Shown here: positions 33,389-42,836 of the stretch, in pieces
How positions within the stretch are numbered: position 1 is the stretch's first letter
How the letters are laid out: the number at the start of each line of letters is the position of its first letter
Source: a virus
Lineage: Duplodnaviria; Caudoviricetes
Reading direction: 5' to 3' (one strand)
Virus record (IMG/VR): IMGVR_UViG_3300012933_000183
Location: 1-49,356 of that record
DNA length: 49,356 bases
Position numbers and translations under genes: made by a program
Notes under the pieces: model-generated
What the model saw: the letters and a program-made list of their open reading frames with translations, nothing else
Database searches by the model: none
Told to the model about the DNA's origin: nothing

Positions 33389-34669
33389 ATGATTAATACA
33401 CTACTGAACGAACTGGCTGCGGACAATTCCCGCAATTTCAAAATTGACTTCCTTAAGAAGCATCAAAGTAATGAGATCCTAAAGCAAGTTGTATTTCTTG
33501 CTTTGGATCCATTCACACAGTTTTACATTCGTAAAATTCCTAAATACACACCTAACACAAGCGATCATGCAGCATCTCTGAAATCGATGTTGGGTTCGCT
33601 TAATGATCTGTCGTCACGTTCTGTGACTGGCAACGCAGCAATTGATCGTCTTACTGCTATCCTTGAAGCAGTAGGCGCTGAAGACGCTAAGGTAATTGAA
33701 CGTATTATTGCAAAGGATTTGAAATGTGGAGTAGCAGCATCAACCGCAAACGCAGTGTGGACTGGCTTGGTGAGCGAATATCCATGCATGTTGTGCAGCC
33801 AATTCGACGAGAAGCTGGTAAACAAGATCAAGTTTCCAGCAAGCGTTCAACTGAAAATGGACGGAATGCGATTCAACGCTATCGTCAAGGATGGTAAAGT
33901 AGAATTCCGTTCACGCAATGGTAAAGAAATCCAGTTGCTTGGAAATCTCGAACAAGAATTCCTGAAATTGGCAGGTAATTCAAACTGTGTATTCGATGGT
34001 GAACTGGTCGTGAATGATAAAGGTGTATTGCTTGATCGTCAAACTGGTAACGGTATTTTGAATAAAGCTGTTAAAGGTACTATCAGCGATCTTGAAGCAC
34101 ACAAAGTTCATGCAACCATTTGGGACATTATCCAATATAAAGACTTCATTGCCGGCAAGAGTGATGTGCGTTATGATGTACGTTTTGCTGTATTGAATGA
34201 TATGGGTATGCCAAAGAAAATCTCTATCGTAGAGAATACAACAGTTGGCAGTTATGAAGAAGCCAAAGTCATCTTTGAAAAGTATCTGAGCGAAGGTCAA
34301 GAAGGTATTATTCTAAAAGACTTCAGCGGCGTATGGGAAGACAAACGTTCCAAGACACAAATCAAATTTAAAGGTGAACTTGAATGCGACATGAAAATTG
34401 TTGGTATTCAAGAAGGCACTGGCAAATATAAAGGCAAAGTTGGTGCATATCTTGTTGAGTCATCTGACGGTGTCATTAAGGTTGCTGTTGGTTCAGGATT
34501 TAAAGATGATCAACGCGAGATTGACATGTCTGTAATTGGCAAGATCGCTGCATTGAAATACAACACACGTATTAAAAATAAACAAGGTGAAGAATCATTA
34601 TTCTTGCCTATTATTTTAGAGATTCGCGAAGATAAGACTGAAGCTGATAGCTCAAAGGATATTAAGTGA
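33389..34669 (+). CDS. gp30: ATP-dependent DNA ligase
   Basis: QLKMDGMR, SRNGK, FDGEL, EGIILK, KRS, KFK, VGSGF, SLFLP. Confidence 0.95.
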   Translation: MINTLLNELAADNSRNFKIDFLKKHQSNEILKQVVFLALDPFTQFYIRKIPKYTPNTSDHAASLKSMLGSLNDLSSRSVTGNAAIDRLTAILEAVGAEDAKVIERIIAKDLKCGVAASTANAVWTGLVSEYPCMLCSQFDEKLVNKIKFPASVQLKMDGMRFNAIVKDGKVEFRSRNGKEIQLLGNLEQEFLKLAGNSNCVFDGELVVNDKGVLLDRQTGNGILNKAVKGTISDLEAHKVHATIWDIIQYKDFIAGKSDVRYDVRFAVLNDMGMPKKISIVENTTVGSYEEAKVIFEKYLSEGQEGIILKDFSGVWEDKRSKTQIKFKGELECDMKIVGIQEGTGKYKGKVGAYLVESSDGVIKVAVGSGFKDDQREIDMSVIGKIAALKYNTRIKNKQGEESLFLPIILEIREDKTEADSSKDIK

Positions 34670-35031
34670 AACCATATCTACACGGAAGAATTCATGCCAA
34701 AAAATATGGTGGAAAACCAGAAGACTATGCCGACATCGATGACTTTATCGATTCATCCAAGCAGGCAGTCCCAGACGTTCGTCATCGGGCCATATTGCAC
34801 TCAGCTTTTGGATGCTTTATTGTTGAACGGATGTTCGGTCGTACGAGATTTAACTCCGACGGAAAAGAGTATAGTCCACGTGACGTCGCGGAGGACCACA
34901 TCCTCCAAGACCTCGGTTTCATTCCAACAATGGAACATTACTTAAACAATATGACAGTTCAGCCATGGATGTCGGGTACTGAGAAGAAGAACGTTCGTAC
35001 TGAACGCAAACATATTAAACTTGAGGATTGA
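34666..35031 (+). CDS. DUF6915-like protein
   Basis: PYLH..KKYGG..DY..IDSSK..RHRAILHSAFG..AEDHILQDLG.IPT. Confidence 0.75.
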   Translation: MKPYLHGRIHAKKYGGKPEDYADIDDFIDSSKQAVPDVRHRAILHSAFGCFIVERMFGRTRFNSDGKEYSPRDVAEDHILQDLGFIPTMEHYLNNMTVQPWMSGTEKKNVRTERKHIKLED

Positions 35032-35408
35032 TTATGAGTAAATTGACACGTATTGAAGCACCAATCAAAGGTGCATTGGATAATGAAGTTAAAGTTGGTG
35101 ACACCGTAATGGTTGTTACTACTGGTTGGGGTAACACACGATGCAAACGTGGAAAATATCTTGGCTATGTCGAAGGTAAAGGTTACTACAAACAACGAGC
35201 ACAAGTTGAAGTACAAGAAACTTCTTATGTTCGATATTGGAATGACGGCACAAAATTTATGTATGGCGGTGATCGTGAACGCGCGATGTATACCGATCTT
35301 AAACGAGATTATTACAAAATTTTGGCAGAAGAAACTACTGTTCGTCAAGAACCTTACGCACGTATCACAACTTTAAACCTTAACCGCATTGCAACTCTGA
35401 AAGACTAA
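35028..35408 (+). CDS. Hypothetical protein (KOW/SH3-like N-terminus)
   Basis: ALDNEVKVGDTVMV. Confidence 0.6.
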   Translation: MIMSKLTRIEAPIKGALDNEVKVGDTVMVVTTGWGNTRCKRGKYLGYVEGKGYYKQRAQVEVQETSYVRYWNDGTKFMYGGDRERAMYTDLKRDYYKILAEETTVRQEPYARITTLNLNRIATLKD

Positions 35409-35409
35409 A

Positions 35410-35919
35410 ATGAGCAACACACTACAAACTGAATTTGATAAACTAATCGCTGATCAAGCAGAATTGCGCAAGCAATTCCAAGATAAAGCACAAGGACTTT
35501 TCAAGAATATCACGAAAGAATTCTTTGAGAAAAACCCAGGTGTCACAGCATTTGTATGGACACAGTATACACCTTACTTCAACGATGGTGATACGTGTGA
35601 ATTCGGAGTGAATGAAGTCGTATTCACTAATGCGCCTGATCCAGAAAATATTCAATGGGAAGAATATGATGGTGATGAGGAAGGTGTATGGGCTGCAACC
35701 AATATCAAGTATGTTTTAGAATCAGATCGTGACTACTACAAAGAAGATGCTGACAAGATTCGTGCTGCAGGTGGTGTGGATACAGAATCATGCGAACTAA
35801 TGTCAGATGCGATTGGCTCTCATGAAATGTCAGACGTAATGTTGGCTATGTTCGGAGATCACGTTAAGATCATTGCCACTCGCAAAGGTTTTGATGTAGA
35901 AGACTACAGTCACGATTAA
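35410..35919 (+). CDS. Acidic conserved hypothetical protein
   Basis: WTQYTPYFNDGDTCEF, FGDH, YSHD. Confidence 0.7.
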   Translation: MSNTLQTEFDKLIADQAELRKQFQDKAQGLFKNITKEFFEKNPGVTAFVWTQYTPYFNDGDTCEFGVNEVVFTNAPDPENIQWEEYDGDEEGVWAATNIKYVLESDRDYYKEDADKIRAAGGVDTESCELMSDAIGSHEMSDVMLAMFGDHVKIIATRKGFDVEDYSHD

Positions 35920-35937
35920 TTAGAACTTTTGACTTAA

Positions 35938-35966
35938 TGTACAACATGTTAAGTTTGTGGTATAAT
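35938..35966 (+). promoter_or_regulatory. Early promoter
   Basis: TGTACA-17 nt-TATAAT; upstream flank identical to that of the 30762 copy. Confidence 0.85.
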
Positions 35967-35972
35967 AAATCC

Positions 35973-36512
35973 ATGAATTTAACAGAGCATCTAAAGTCAA
36001 GACACTTAGACCTTCAACTTCACCGACCTATGTTGGACGAAGTTGAAGGTCTTGCTACGTTCTATCTCTACAATCTCTCAGGTCAACTGGTTGGCTATCA
36101 GCAGTATCGACCAACTGGTGAGAAGAAACCTAACAACAATCCAAAGTTAGGCAAATATTTCACGTATAAGAAACAACCTACGCTTGCTGTGTGGGGAGTT
36201 GAATCATTACACCTTACACCAAACGTTGTGTTTGTCACTGAAGGTGTCTTTGATGCTGCACGTTTGACTGAGTTAGGTGTATCAGCACTTGCTGTTTTAT
36301 CAAATAATCCATCAGCAGATTTGCGTAATTGGTTAACATGCCTAAACCGTTTAGTGGTTGTTGTGGCAGACAATGATGCTGCAGGGAAGCGCTTGGCGAA
36401 GTTTGGAGACGTTGCAGTGTATACCGATGAGAAAGACTTAGGAGATTCATCTGAAGAATTTGTTAAAAATTTAGTAAAAACCTATGTACAACGAACAAAA
36501 ACCGTGGTATAA
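35973..36512 (+). CDS. Stand-alone TOPRIM (DnaG-like primase core) protein
   Basis: GYQQYRP..KY, VFVTEGVFDA, VADNDAAG, KDLGD; no zinc-binding domain. Confidence 0.8.
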   Translation: MNLTEHLKSRHLDLQLHRPMLDEVEGLATFYLYNLSGQLVGYQQYRPTGEKKPNNNPKLGKYFTYKKQPTLAVWGVESLHLTPNVVFVTEGVFDAARLTELGVSALAVLSNNPSADLRNWLTCLNRLVVVVADNDAAGKRLAKFGDVAVYTDEKDLGDSSEEFVKNLVKTYVQRTKTVV

Positions 36513-36513
36513 T
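36485..36513 (+). promoter_or_regulatory. Early promoter of NAD salvage genes
   Basis: TGTACA-17 nt-TATAAT. Confidence 0.8.
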
Positions 36514-36565
36514 TAATCTGTGGATGATATATAATATAGTCAACACTATCTAAGGAGTTTAGAAC

Positions 36566-37546
36566 ATGACAAAGCAAGGTATCTTCATTGGCCGTTTTCA
36601 GCCAATTCATCAAGGCCATATCCATGCAATTGGAATAGCGGCATCACAAGTAGACATGCTCTACATCTTAGTCGGTTCAGCGAATGCATGCCGATCAATC
36701 AAAAACCCATGGACTTATACAGAACGAAAAGCAATGATCCGTTCAAAGTTGTGGGCTAATAAAATCCATAACGTAGAAATCATTCCAATCAATGATCATC
36801 CATATAGTGATAGTCAATGGATTGCTGACGTTCGAGCAACAGTGGAACATCTAGAAATCGATGAACCTATTTTGTTCGGTCACATGAAAGAAGGCAATAA
36901 CTATCTAAATTGGTTCCCTGATTGGAAGTTCAAGAATATCGAAGCAACGTATAATATCAACGCGACAGCGATTCGTAAACGTATGTTCGAAACTGAAGAT
37001 AGCGAAATGCCATCGACAGTATTGGATGACTATAAGTACTACCAAAAAGAAAATGCACTCTTCGCAAATTACCCATTCCCAGAAACCCTTAACTTCAACT
37101 GCAGCGATGCGGTCCTCGAATGTCAAGGACACGTGCTTCTCATTAAACGAAAGTTTGCGCCAGGGGCAGGAACTTGGGCTTTACCTGGTGGGTTCAGGAA
37201 CAGGCAAGAGTCTTTTCTCGATTGCGCGATACGAGAATTGCAAGAAGAAACAAACGTGCGGGTGCCTGAAAAGGTTATGCGAGGATCGATCGTAAAAACA
37301 GAATTGTTCGATGATCCAAAACGTTCTTTTGGTATTCCTCGAAATTCTTTGGCAGTCTACATGCGTATCAACCCTGATCCAGATGGTAAACTTCCTCGAG
37401 CAAACGGCGCAGATGATGCTGCTGAATGCAAGTGGATCCCATTAACTGACGCATTAAATCGAATTGAGTTGTATGACGATCACAAAGCCATCATCTCAAA
37501 AGTAACAGGTGTTATGCCAATGCCTGCATTTGTAACATTAAAGTAA
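36566..37546 (+). CDS. Bifunctional NMN adenylyltransferase / Nudix ADP-ribose pyrophosphatase (NadM-Nudix)
   Basis: GRFQPIHQGH, KNPW..ER, NATAIR; Nudix box ALPGGF..E..AIRELQEET; GADDA. Confidence 0.93.
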   Translation: MTKQGIFIGRFQPIHQGHIHAIGIAASQVDMLYILVGSANACRSIKNPWTYTERKAMIRSKLWANKIHNVEIIPINDHPYSDSQWIADVRATVEHLEIDEPILFGHMKEGNNYLNWFPDWKFKNIEATYNINATAIRKRMFETEDSEMPSTVLDDYKYYQKENALFANYPFPETLNFNCSDAVLECQGHVLLIKRKFAPGAGTWALPGGFRNRQESFLDCAIRELQEETNVRVPEKVMRGSIVKTELFDDPKRSFGIPRNSLAVYMRINPDPDGKLPRANGADDAAECKWIPLTDALNRIELYDDHKAIISKVTGVMPMPAFVTLK

Positions 37547-37556
37547 GGAGCTTACT

Positions 37557-38954
37557 ATGAAACTCGCTAAAAACATTCTCTTGAACACTGACAGCTATAA
37601 AGCATCGATGTTCAAACAATATCCAGTCGGAACAACTGGAGTTTACAGTTATATCGAATCTCGTGGCGGTGATTATGACACCACTTTGTTTTTCGGTTTA
37701 CAAGCATTCATTAAGGAGTATCTGCTTGAACCAATCACTCAAACCGACATTGATGTTGCAGGTGAGATTCTTGAAGCCCACGGCGAACCATTTAATCGTG
37801 AGGGGTGGGAATACATCCTTAGTGAGCACGGGGGCTTCCTTCCCTTGGTTATTCGTGCTGTACCTGAAGGCACTGTGGTCCCTGTCAAAAATGTTTTGGC
37901 TACAATCGAAAACACTGACCCGAAATGTTTCTGGTTAACAACCTATCTCGAAACTGCATTGCTTCGCGCAGTGTGGTATCCTACAACAGTAGCAACACAA
38001 AGCAAGTCAATTAAAAATTGCATTGCTGGATTTTTAGAAAGAACAGGCGATATCAATGGTATTGGATTTAAGCTTCATGATTTTGGTGCTCGTGGGGTAT
38101 CTAGCCTCGAATCTGCTGGACTCGGAGGAGCCGCGCACTTGGTCAACTTTATGGGCACAGATACTATTAGTGGTCTGCTTGCTGCTAAATCTTACTATGG
38201 AGCTGGCATCGCAGGATTCTCCATCCCAGCAGCAGAACACAGTACAATCACCTCGTGGGGACGAGACAAAGAAGTCGAAGCCTACCGAAACATGCTGCAA
38301 CAGTTTGGACGTACCGGCACCATCCTCGCAGTGGTAAGTGATAGCTATGACGTATTCAACGCAGCTGAAAAGCTTTGGGGAGAAGAACTCAAAGACGAGA
38401 TTATCAAATCTGGTGCAACTGTGGTTATCCGTCCCGACTCTGGTGATCCTGAGGCCGTATGCGTCCGATTGGTCCAAATCCTCGCTAAGAAATTTGGATA
38501 CACAACAAACGACAAAGGCTTCAAGGTTCTGAACAATGTGCGACTCATTCAAGGAGATGGTGTAAATGAACGCGTTATCCGTAATATTCTCGGTCACTTT
38601 AGCGTTCTTGGCTTCTCAGCTGACAACATCGCTTTCGGTATGGGAGGAGCACTGTTGCAAGGTATCAATCGCGATACACAAAAGTTTGCAATGAAGTGTT
38701 CAGCTGTTCGAGTTGACTACGAATGGCGTGATGTTCAGAAAGATCCTATCACTGATAGCGGCAAGAAGTCAAAGGCTGGTCGTGTAACACTCTGGAAATC
38801 AGGCGGTGAATATGCCTCAGGCATCAAGCCACCAGTTGGATGGACTGATAAAGGTTATGGTGGTTGGTCAGAAGCACTGGTAACAGTGTATCGCGATGGT
38901 CAACTCATCAGTGAATATACCTTCGATGAAGTACGGGCAAACAGTAACGCCTAA
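37557..38954 (+). CDS. nadV: Nicotinamide phosphoribosyltransferase
   Basis: TDSYKAS, LHDFGARG, SIPAAEHS, VSDSYD, IRPDSGD, IQGDG, FGMGG, KDPITD..K.SK.G. Confidence 0.95.
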   Translation: MKLAKNILLNTDSYKASMFKQYPVGTTGVYSYIESRGGDYDTTLFFGLQAFIKEYLLEPITQTDIDVAGEILEAHGEPFNREGWEYILSEHGGFLPLVIRAVPEGTVVPVKNVLATIENTDPKCFWLTTYLETALLRAVWYPTTVATQSKSIKNCIAGFLERTGDINGIGFKLHDFGARGVSSLESAGLGGAAHLVNFMGTDTISGLLAAKSYYGAGIAGFSIPAAEHSTITSWGRDKEVEAYRNMLQQFGRTGTILAVVSDSYDVFNAAEKLWGEELKDEIIKSGATVVIRPDSGDPEAVCVRLVQILAKKFGYTTNDKGFKVLNNVRLIQGDGVNERVIRNILGHFSVLGFSADNIAFGMGGALLQGINRDTQKFAMKCSAVRVDYEWRDVQKDPITDSGKKSKAGRVTLWKSGGEYASGIKPPVGWTDKGYGGWSEALVTVYRDGQLISEYTFDEVRANSNA

Positions 38955-38961
38955 GTACTAC

Positions 38962-39001
38962 AAAATAAGCGGTTTACAGCCGCTTATTTTTATGGTATAA
39001 T
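38962..39001 (+). promoter_or_regulatory. Terminator-like inverted repeat overlapping an early promoter
   Basis: AAAATAAGCGG-tttacag-CCGCTTATTTT; -35 TTTACA is in the loop, TATAAT at 38996-39001. Confidence 0.8.
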
Positions 39002-39034
39002 AGATGTATAAATTAAATGATGTAAGGTTTTGAA

Positions 39035-40129
39035 ATGTCACACTTCTTTCGTAATGGAAATCAATTTCGCGTAGCAGACAATAATGCTATCAATTTGCAT
39101 GATCATTTGCCTGCTGGCAACTATATCGTGAAACAAGATCCATTCAAGAATTTTTACTTGGAAATGATTGAGGACTTTAAGCAAGTTCCTAAATTGTATG
39201 GCGATACTACACGAAATAGTGCACGTATTATCAATACGTTTATGGATCGACCAATTTCAACTGGCGTTCTATTGAACGGTGAAAAGGGTTCAGGCAAATC
39301 TCTATTGGCAAAGACATTGTCAATTGATTGCCATGCTATGGGCATTCCAACGATTGTGATTAACCAACCTTGGGCTGGTGATGACTTCAACAAATTGATC
39401 CAAGACATTGATCAACCTGCTGTGATTCTGTTTGACGAATTCGAGAAAGTGTATGATCGCGAAACTCAAGAACATGTGCTGACACTTTTGGATGGTGTAT
39501 TCCCAACTAAGAAGTTGTTTGTGTTGACATGTAATGATAAGTATCGCATCGACTCACATATGCGCAATCGTCCTGGTCGTATCTTCTATATGTTGGACTT
39601 CAAGGGTTTAGATGTGACATTCATTCGTGAATACTGCATGGACAATCTGAAGGACACTTCTAAGATTGACAAGTTGATCACAATCACAATGCTGTTCGAT
39701 CAGTTTAACTTTGACATGTTGAAGGCTGTTGTAGAGGAAATGAACCGTTATGGTGATACACCTCAAGAAGCAATGAAGATGTTGAACGCTAAGCCCGAAT
39801 TCGGTGGTGAAGTTCGTCACTCAGTGTTGCTGACATACAAAGGTTCTGTGGTTACACGTAACATTCAGAAAGAATGGAATGGCAATCCAATGATTGCAGA
39901 ACGCATTCGCTTCGACTTCGATCCTAATCCACCAAAGAAGGAACAAAAGACGAAAGATTCGCTCGATGAAATCTTTGCAGATGAAGATGAGTGGATCACA
40001 GTGTACTTCACATCATCAGATTTGATTCAAGTTCTGCCACAAGAAGGTTCATACACATTTGTGAATGGTGAATCTAAGTTGGTGTTGACTCGTCTCAAAG
40101 AGAAGTTCTTCCACTGGGATGCTATCTGA
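39035..40129 (+). CDS. AAA+ ATPase
   Basis: GEKGSGKS, ILFDEFEK, LLDG, LTCN, NRPGRI. Confidence 0.9.
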   Translation: MSHFFRNGNQFRVADNNAINLHDHLPAGNYIVKQDPFKNFYLEMIEDFKQVPKLYGDTTRNSARIINTFMDRPISTGVLLNGEKGSGKSLLAKTLSIDCHAMGIPTIVINQPWAGDDFNKLIQDIDQPAVILFDEFEKVYDRETQEHVLTLLDGVFPTKKLFVLTCNDKYRIDSHMRNRPGRIFYMLDFKGLDVTFIREYCMDNLKDTSKIDKLITITMLFDQFNFDMLKAVVEEMNRYGDTPQEAMKMLNAKPEFGGEVRHSVLLTYKGSVVTRNIQKEWNGNPMIAERIRFDFDPNPPKKEQKTKDSLDEIFADEDEWITVYFTSSDLIQVLPQEGSYTFVNGESKLVLTRLKEKFFHWDAI

Positions 40130-40290
40130 TGAACGACCAAGAAATCTTGGATTTTGTACAGGGAATGGAGGAACACTTCGGTGAACTTCCAAACCCTGAA
40201 CATGAACCTCGACGATTTGAATATTGCATTAGAATGTACAAATATTATTTGAGCAGAACAGATGAACGAGCTACTACAACCGACAATTAA
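40129..40290 (+). CDS. Small hypothetical protein (53 aa; not in ORF track)
   Basis: MNDQEILDF..LPNPEHEPRRFEYCIRMY; TGATG overlap. Confidence 0.6.
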   Translation: MNDQEILDFVQGMEEHFGELPNPEHEPRRFEYCIRMYKYYLSRTDERATTTDN

Positions 40291-40549
40291 TTGGATCAAA
40301 GATGATTGGAAAAGTCATAAACTTCGTTTTTGTCTTGAGAGCATTGCTTGGGTTCTGTCTGTTGGTTGTGCTCTCATTATGGCACTCACCGTTCCAAATC
40401 CACCTCTCAAACTTCTTTACATCCCTTGGGTTACCAGCACTCTTCTATATGCTGGGTGTGCTTATAGTCGTCGTTCCTTTGGTATGTTGGGTAATTATTT
40501 CCTTCTCTTCATCATCGACTTCATCGCACTAAGTAAAATGTGGCTATGA
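40262..40549 (+). CDS. Small membrane protein (about 3 TM helices)
   Basis: Hydrophobic segments. Confidence 0.65.
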   Translation: MNELLQPTINWIKDDWKSHKLRFCLESIAWVLSVGCALIMALTVPNPPLKLLYIPWVTSTLLYAGCAYSRRSFGMLGNYFLLFIIDFIALSKMWL

Positions 40550-40785
40550 CACCTACTACACTTAACACACGGCATTTCACAATACCAGTACCTACACCGC
40601 AAGTACAATCATTTCAATTCCCTAAACCGTTATCATATAATTTTAGAGTGATGGAAACGACAAAGAATGGAAAAGTTGTTGCAGTCAATTTACAAGTACA
40701 ACGAATTGAACATGATGAATATGGTGCACCAGTGACTCATTACCCTTGGGAAAATGTGCCACGCATTCAACAAGAAGAAGCATGA
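40540..40785 (+). CDS. Hypothetical protein
   Basis: Overlapping-gene packing. Confidence 0.55.
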   Translation: MAMTPTTLNTRHFTIPVPTPQVQSFQFPKPLSYNFRVMETTKNGKVVAVNLQVQRIEHDEYGAPVTHYPWENVPRIQQEEA

Positions 40786-41348
40786 TGGATAAATTTACAG
40801 TTGGTGAAAAGGGTCGTATCGCCGCAACTAAGGCCCACATCAAGCAATTAGTTGTTAGTTCAATTAATGATCCGATGATTCCAAATGAGATTGCTGCATT
40901 GTTAATGCAATCATGTGTTGTTTCAGGTGGTATCACTGCATCTGTGTTAAACAATGAAAGCATCAATGACATAGATTTGTATTTCAAATCACGTGCAGCG
41001 ATGGACAAATTTAAAGAATTGATGACTCCACGTGTCATTAAGAGTATTGTCAAAGATGTAGATCCAACATATATGAATGGTACCGTGGCAGGTAAAATGG
41101 TCACATCTAATGCATATACACTGCTCAATGATTTGCAAGTGATTATTCTTGACACATCAGAGGCTGTTAGATATTTTGACTTCATTCATTGTCAACCATA
41201 TTTTGATATTTCGAATGACAAATACTACATTTCGAAACGACAATACGAATGTATCACCTCTAAGAAGTTGGTATATAACCCAAATCGTCTTTTAAAAGAT
41301 ACACCTAAACGAATCGAAAAATTTAAGGCACGCGGATGGACAGCATGA
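40782..41348 (+). CDS. Pol-beta-like nucleotidyltransferase (PAP/CCA head-like)
   Basis: VSGGITAS..INDIDLYF..TSNAYT..FDFIHC..RIEKFKARGW. Confidence 0.7.
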   Translation: MMDKFTVGEKGRIAATKAHIKQLVVSSINDPMIPNEIAALLMQSCVVSGGITASVLNNESINDIDLYFKSRAAMDKFKELMTPRVIKSIVKDVDPTYMNGTVAGKMVTSNAYTLLNDLQVIILDTSEAVRYFDFIHCQPYFDISNDKYYISKRQYECITSKKLVYNPNRLLKDTPKRIEKFKARGWTA

Positions 41349-41560
41349 AAATTTTGGCAGAATGTCTAATGTTAGTTCTAAAATATATTCTAATCATCGG
41401 TGGCTTGATTTTTTGGTTCTTTGTTGCAGTTGGCCTTTATGTTAACAATGAAGAAAAGGTTTATGACTGTAGTTTAGCAGAAATTTCACCTGACTTTCCA
41501 TTAGAAGTTAAAGATGCTTGTAGGAGAATGAAACTTGTCGAACGTAGAACAGAAACTTAA
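41336..41560 (+). CDS. Small membrane-anchored protein
   Basis: N-terminal TM helix, YDCSLAEISPDFP..C. Confidence 0.6.
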   Translation: MDSMKILAECLMLVLKYILIIGGLIFWFFVAVGLYVNNEEKVYDCSLAEISPDFPLEVKDACRRMKLVERRTET

Positions 41561-41831
41561 ACATAGCGAACGTATCCATCAAAAAGAAACTAAGCTAGAA
41601 CGTAAAGTGAAACTTGCTAAGGAATATGGTTTAGATCATATTGCTAAGAATCCCCACAGATACCATAAAGCATCTGTGTTTAATTGTGGTAATGCTAATT
41701 GTGTTATGTGCATGAATCCACGCAAAGCATTTGATGAAAAGACAATGCAAGAACGAAGGTTTGAACAAAAGGAATTACATGATATCGATACAGATTATTC
41801 TATTGCTATTAGCGACACATTGGATCGCTGA
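41535..41831 (+). CDS. Hypothetical protein (Cys cluster)
   Basis: CGNANCVMCMNPR. Confidence 0.6.
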   Translation: MSNVEQKLKHSERIHQKETKLERKVKLAKEYGLDHIAKNPHRYHKASVFNCGNANCVMCMNPRKAFDEKTMQERRFEQKELHDIDTDYSIAISDTLDR

Positions 41832-42129
41832 TTTTATTCTTCAGAGCGATTACTTTGCCAAGAATAAAAGTTCTGACAATACAATTTTAGGATTGCATGT
41901 ATTAACATACATCATTCCATTTGCATTGTTAGGCTTCATTATTCCAATCACACCAGAATGGTTGCTTGTAAACTTTATTGCACACTACATTACAGATTAC
42001 AACACATCACGTCTTACTAAGAAATTGTGGGAACTTAAAGAAGTTCATTGGTTCTTTGTAGTTATTGGCTTAGATCAACTCGCACACTATGCAGTGTTAT
42101 TCTCAACTTACTGTTGGTTGGTACTATGA
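41779..42129 (+). CDS. DUF3307-like membrane protein
   Basis: HWIADFILQ..K..H..Y..HYITD..IGLDQLAH. Confidence 0.8.
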   Translation: MISIQIILLLLATHWIADFILQSDYFAKNKSSDNTILGLHVLTYIIPFALLGFIIPITPEWLLVNFIAHYITDYNTSRLTKKLWELKEVHWFFVVIGLDQLAHYAVLFSTYCWLVL

Positions 42130-42311
42130 TGGATTCAGAATTTATTAAACTAGATTTGCTTGCAGCAGAATTACAAACAGAGATCAATAATCTCTATCGT
42201 CGTGTTGCAGAAGTAGAGCGAGAAAACAAAATGCTTACAGATGAATGTAATGCATTACGAGATCAGAATAGAAGTCTCGAAGCACAGGTGTACAGCGGGA
42301 AAACATTTTGA
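42126..42311 (+). CDS. Small coiled-coil protein
   Basis: Heptad pattern; ATGA overlap. Confidence 0.6.
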   Translation: MMDSEFIKLDLLAAELQTEINNLYRRVAEVERENKMLTDECNALRDQNRSLEAQVYSGKTF

Positions 42312-42317
42312 TATAAT
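42289..42317 (+). promoter_or_regulatory. Early promoter
   Basis: TGTACA-17 nt-TATAAT with TG extension. Confidence 0.75.
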
Positions 42318-42323
42318 AGATCT

Positions 42324-42836
42324 ATGGAAAAACTTACATTATACCTCGATATGGACGGAGTGCTATCTCACTTTGAGAAGGCATTCCGCGTTTACAACCC
42401 TGAATACAAGTGGGATCGCAAAGTATTTCATCAGGCGATCTTAGAAGGCAAGATCTTCGAGACACTTGAATGGATGCCAAACGGCGAACGTTTCATCGAA
42501 GAAATCCGTAAGATTGAACAAGACTATGTTGTACACATCGAGATGCTGACTTCATGTGGCACATCAGACAAAGTTATCAATCCTGAAGTTGCACGTCAGA
42601 AGACACAATGGTTAGCTGATCATGGTATTACATGGAAACCAAACTTCGTTTCTAATAAACTTGAAAAGTCTACATATGCAACACCTCATCGTATTTTAAT
42701 CGATGATCATGCAGGTTGTACTGGTCCTTTTGTTGAAAAAGGTGGAGTTGCATTCCAACATCTTGATTCAGATTATATGGCAACTATTCAAAAGTTGCGT
42801 TGGTTCCTTGACGAATATCATAACGACAGACTATGA
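42324..42836 (+). CDS. HAD-family 5'(3')-deoxyribonucleotidase
   Basis: LDMDGVL, LTS, K..WL, ILIDD. Confidence 0.85.
   Translation: MEKLTLYLDMDGVLSHFEKAFRVYNPEYKWDRKVFHQAILEGKIFETLEWMPNGERFIEEIRKIEQDYVVHIEMLTSCGTSDKVINPEVARQKTQWLADHGITWKPNFVSNKLEKSTYATPHRILIDDHAGCTGPFVEKGGVAFQHLDSDYMATIQKLRWFLDEYHNDRL

Noticed and set aside
38034-38597. 187-aa antisense ORF and hydrophobic alternative-frame ORFs inside nadV
   Set aside because: Shadow ORFs of a conserved enzyme; no minus-strand promoter or RBS seen
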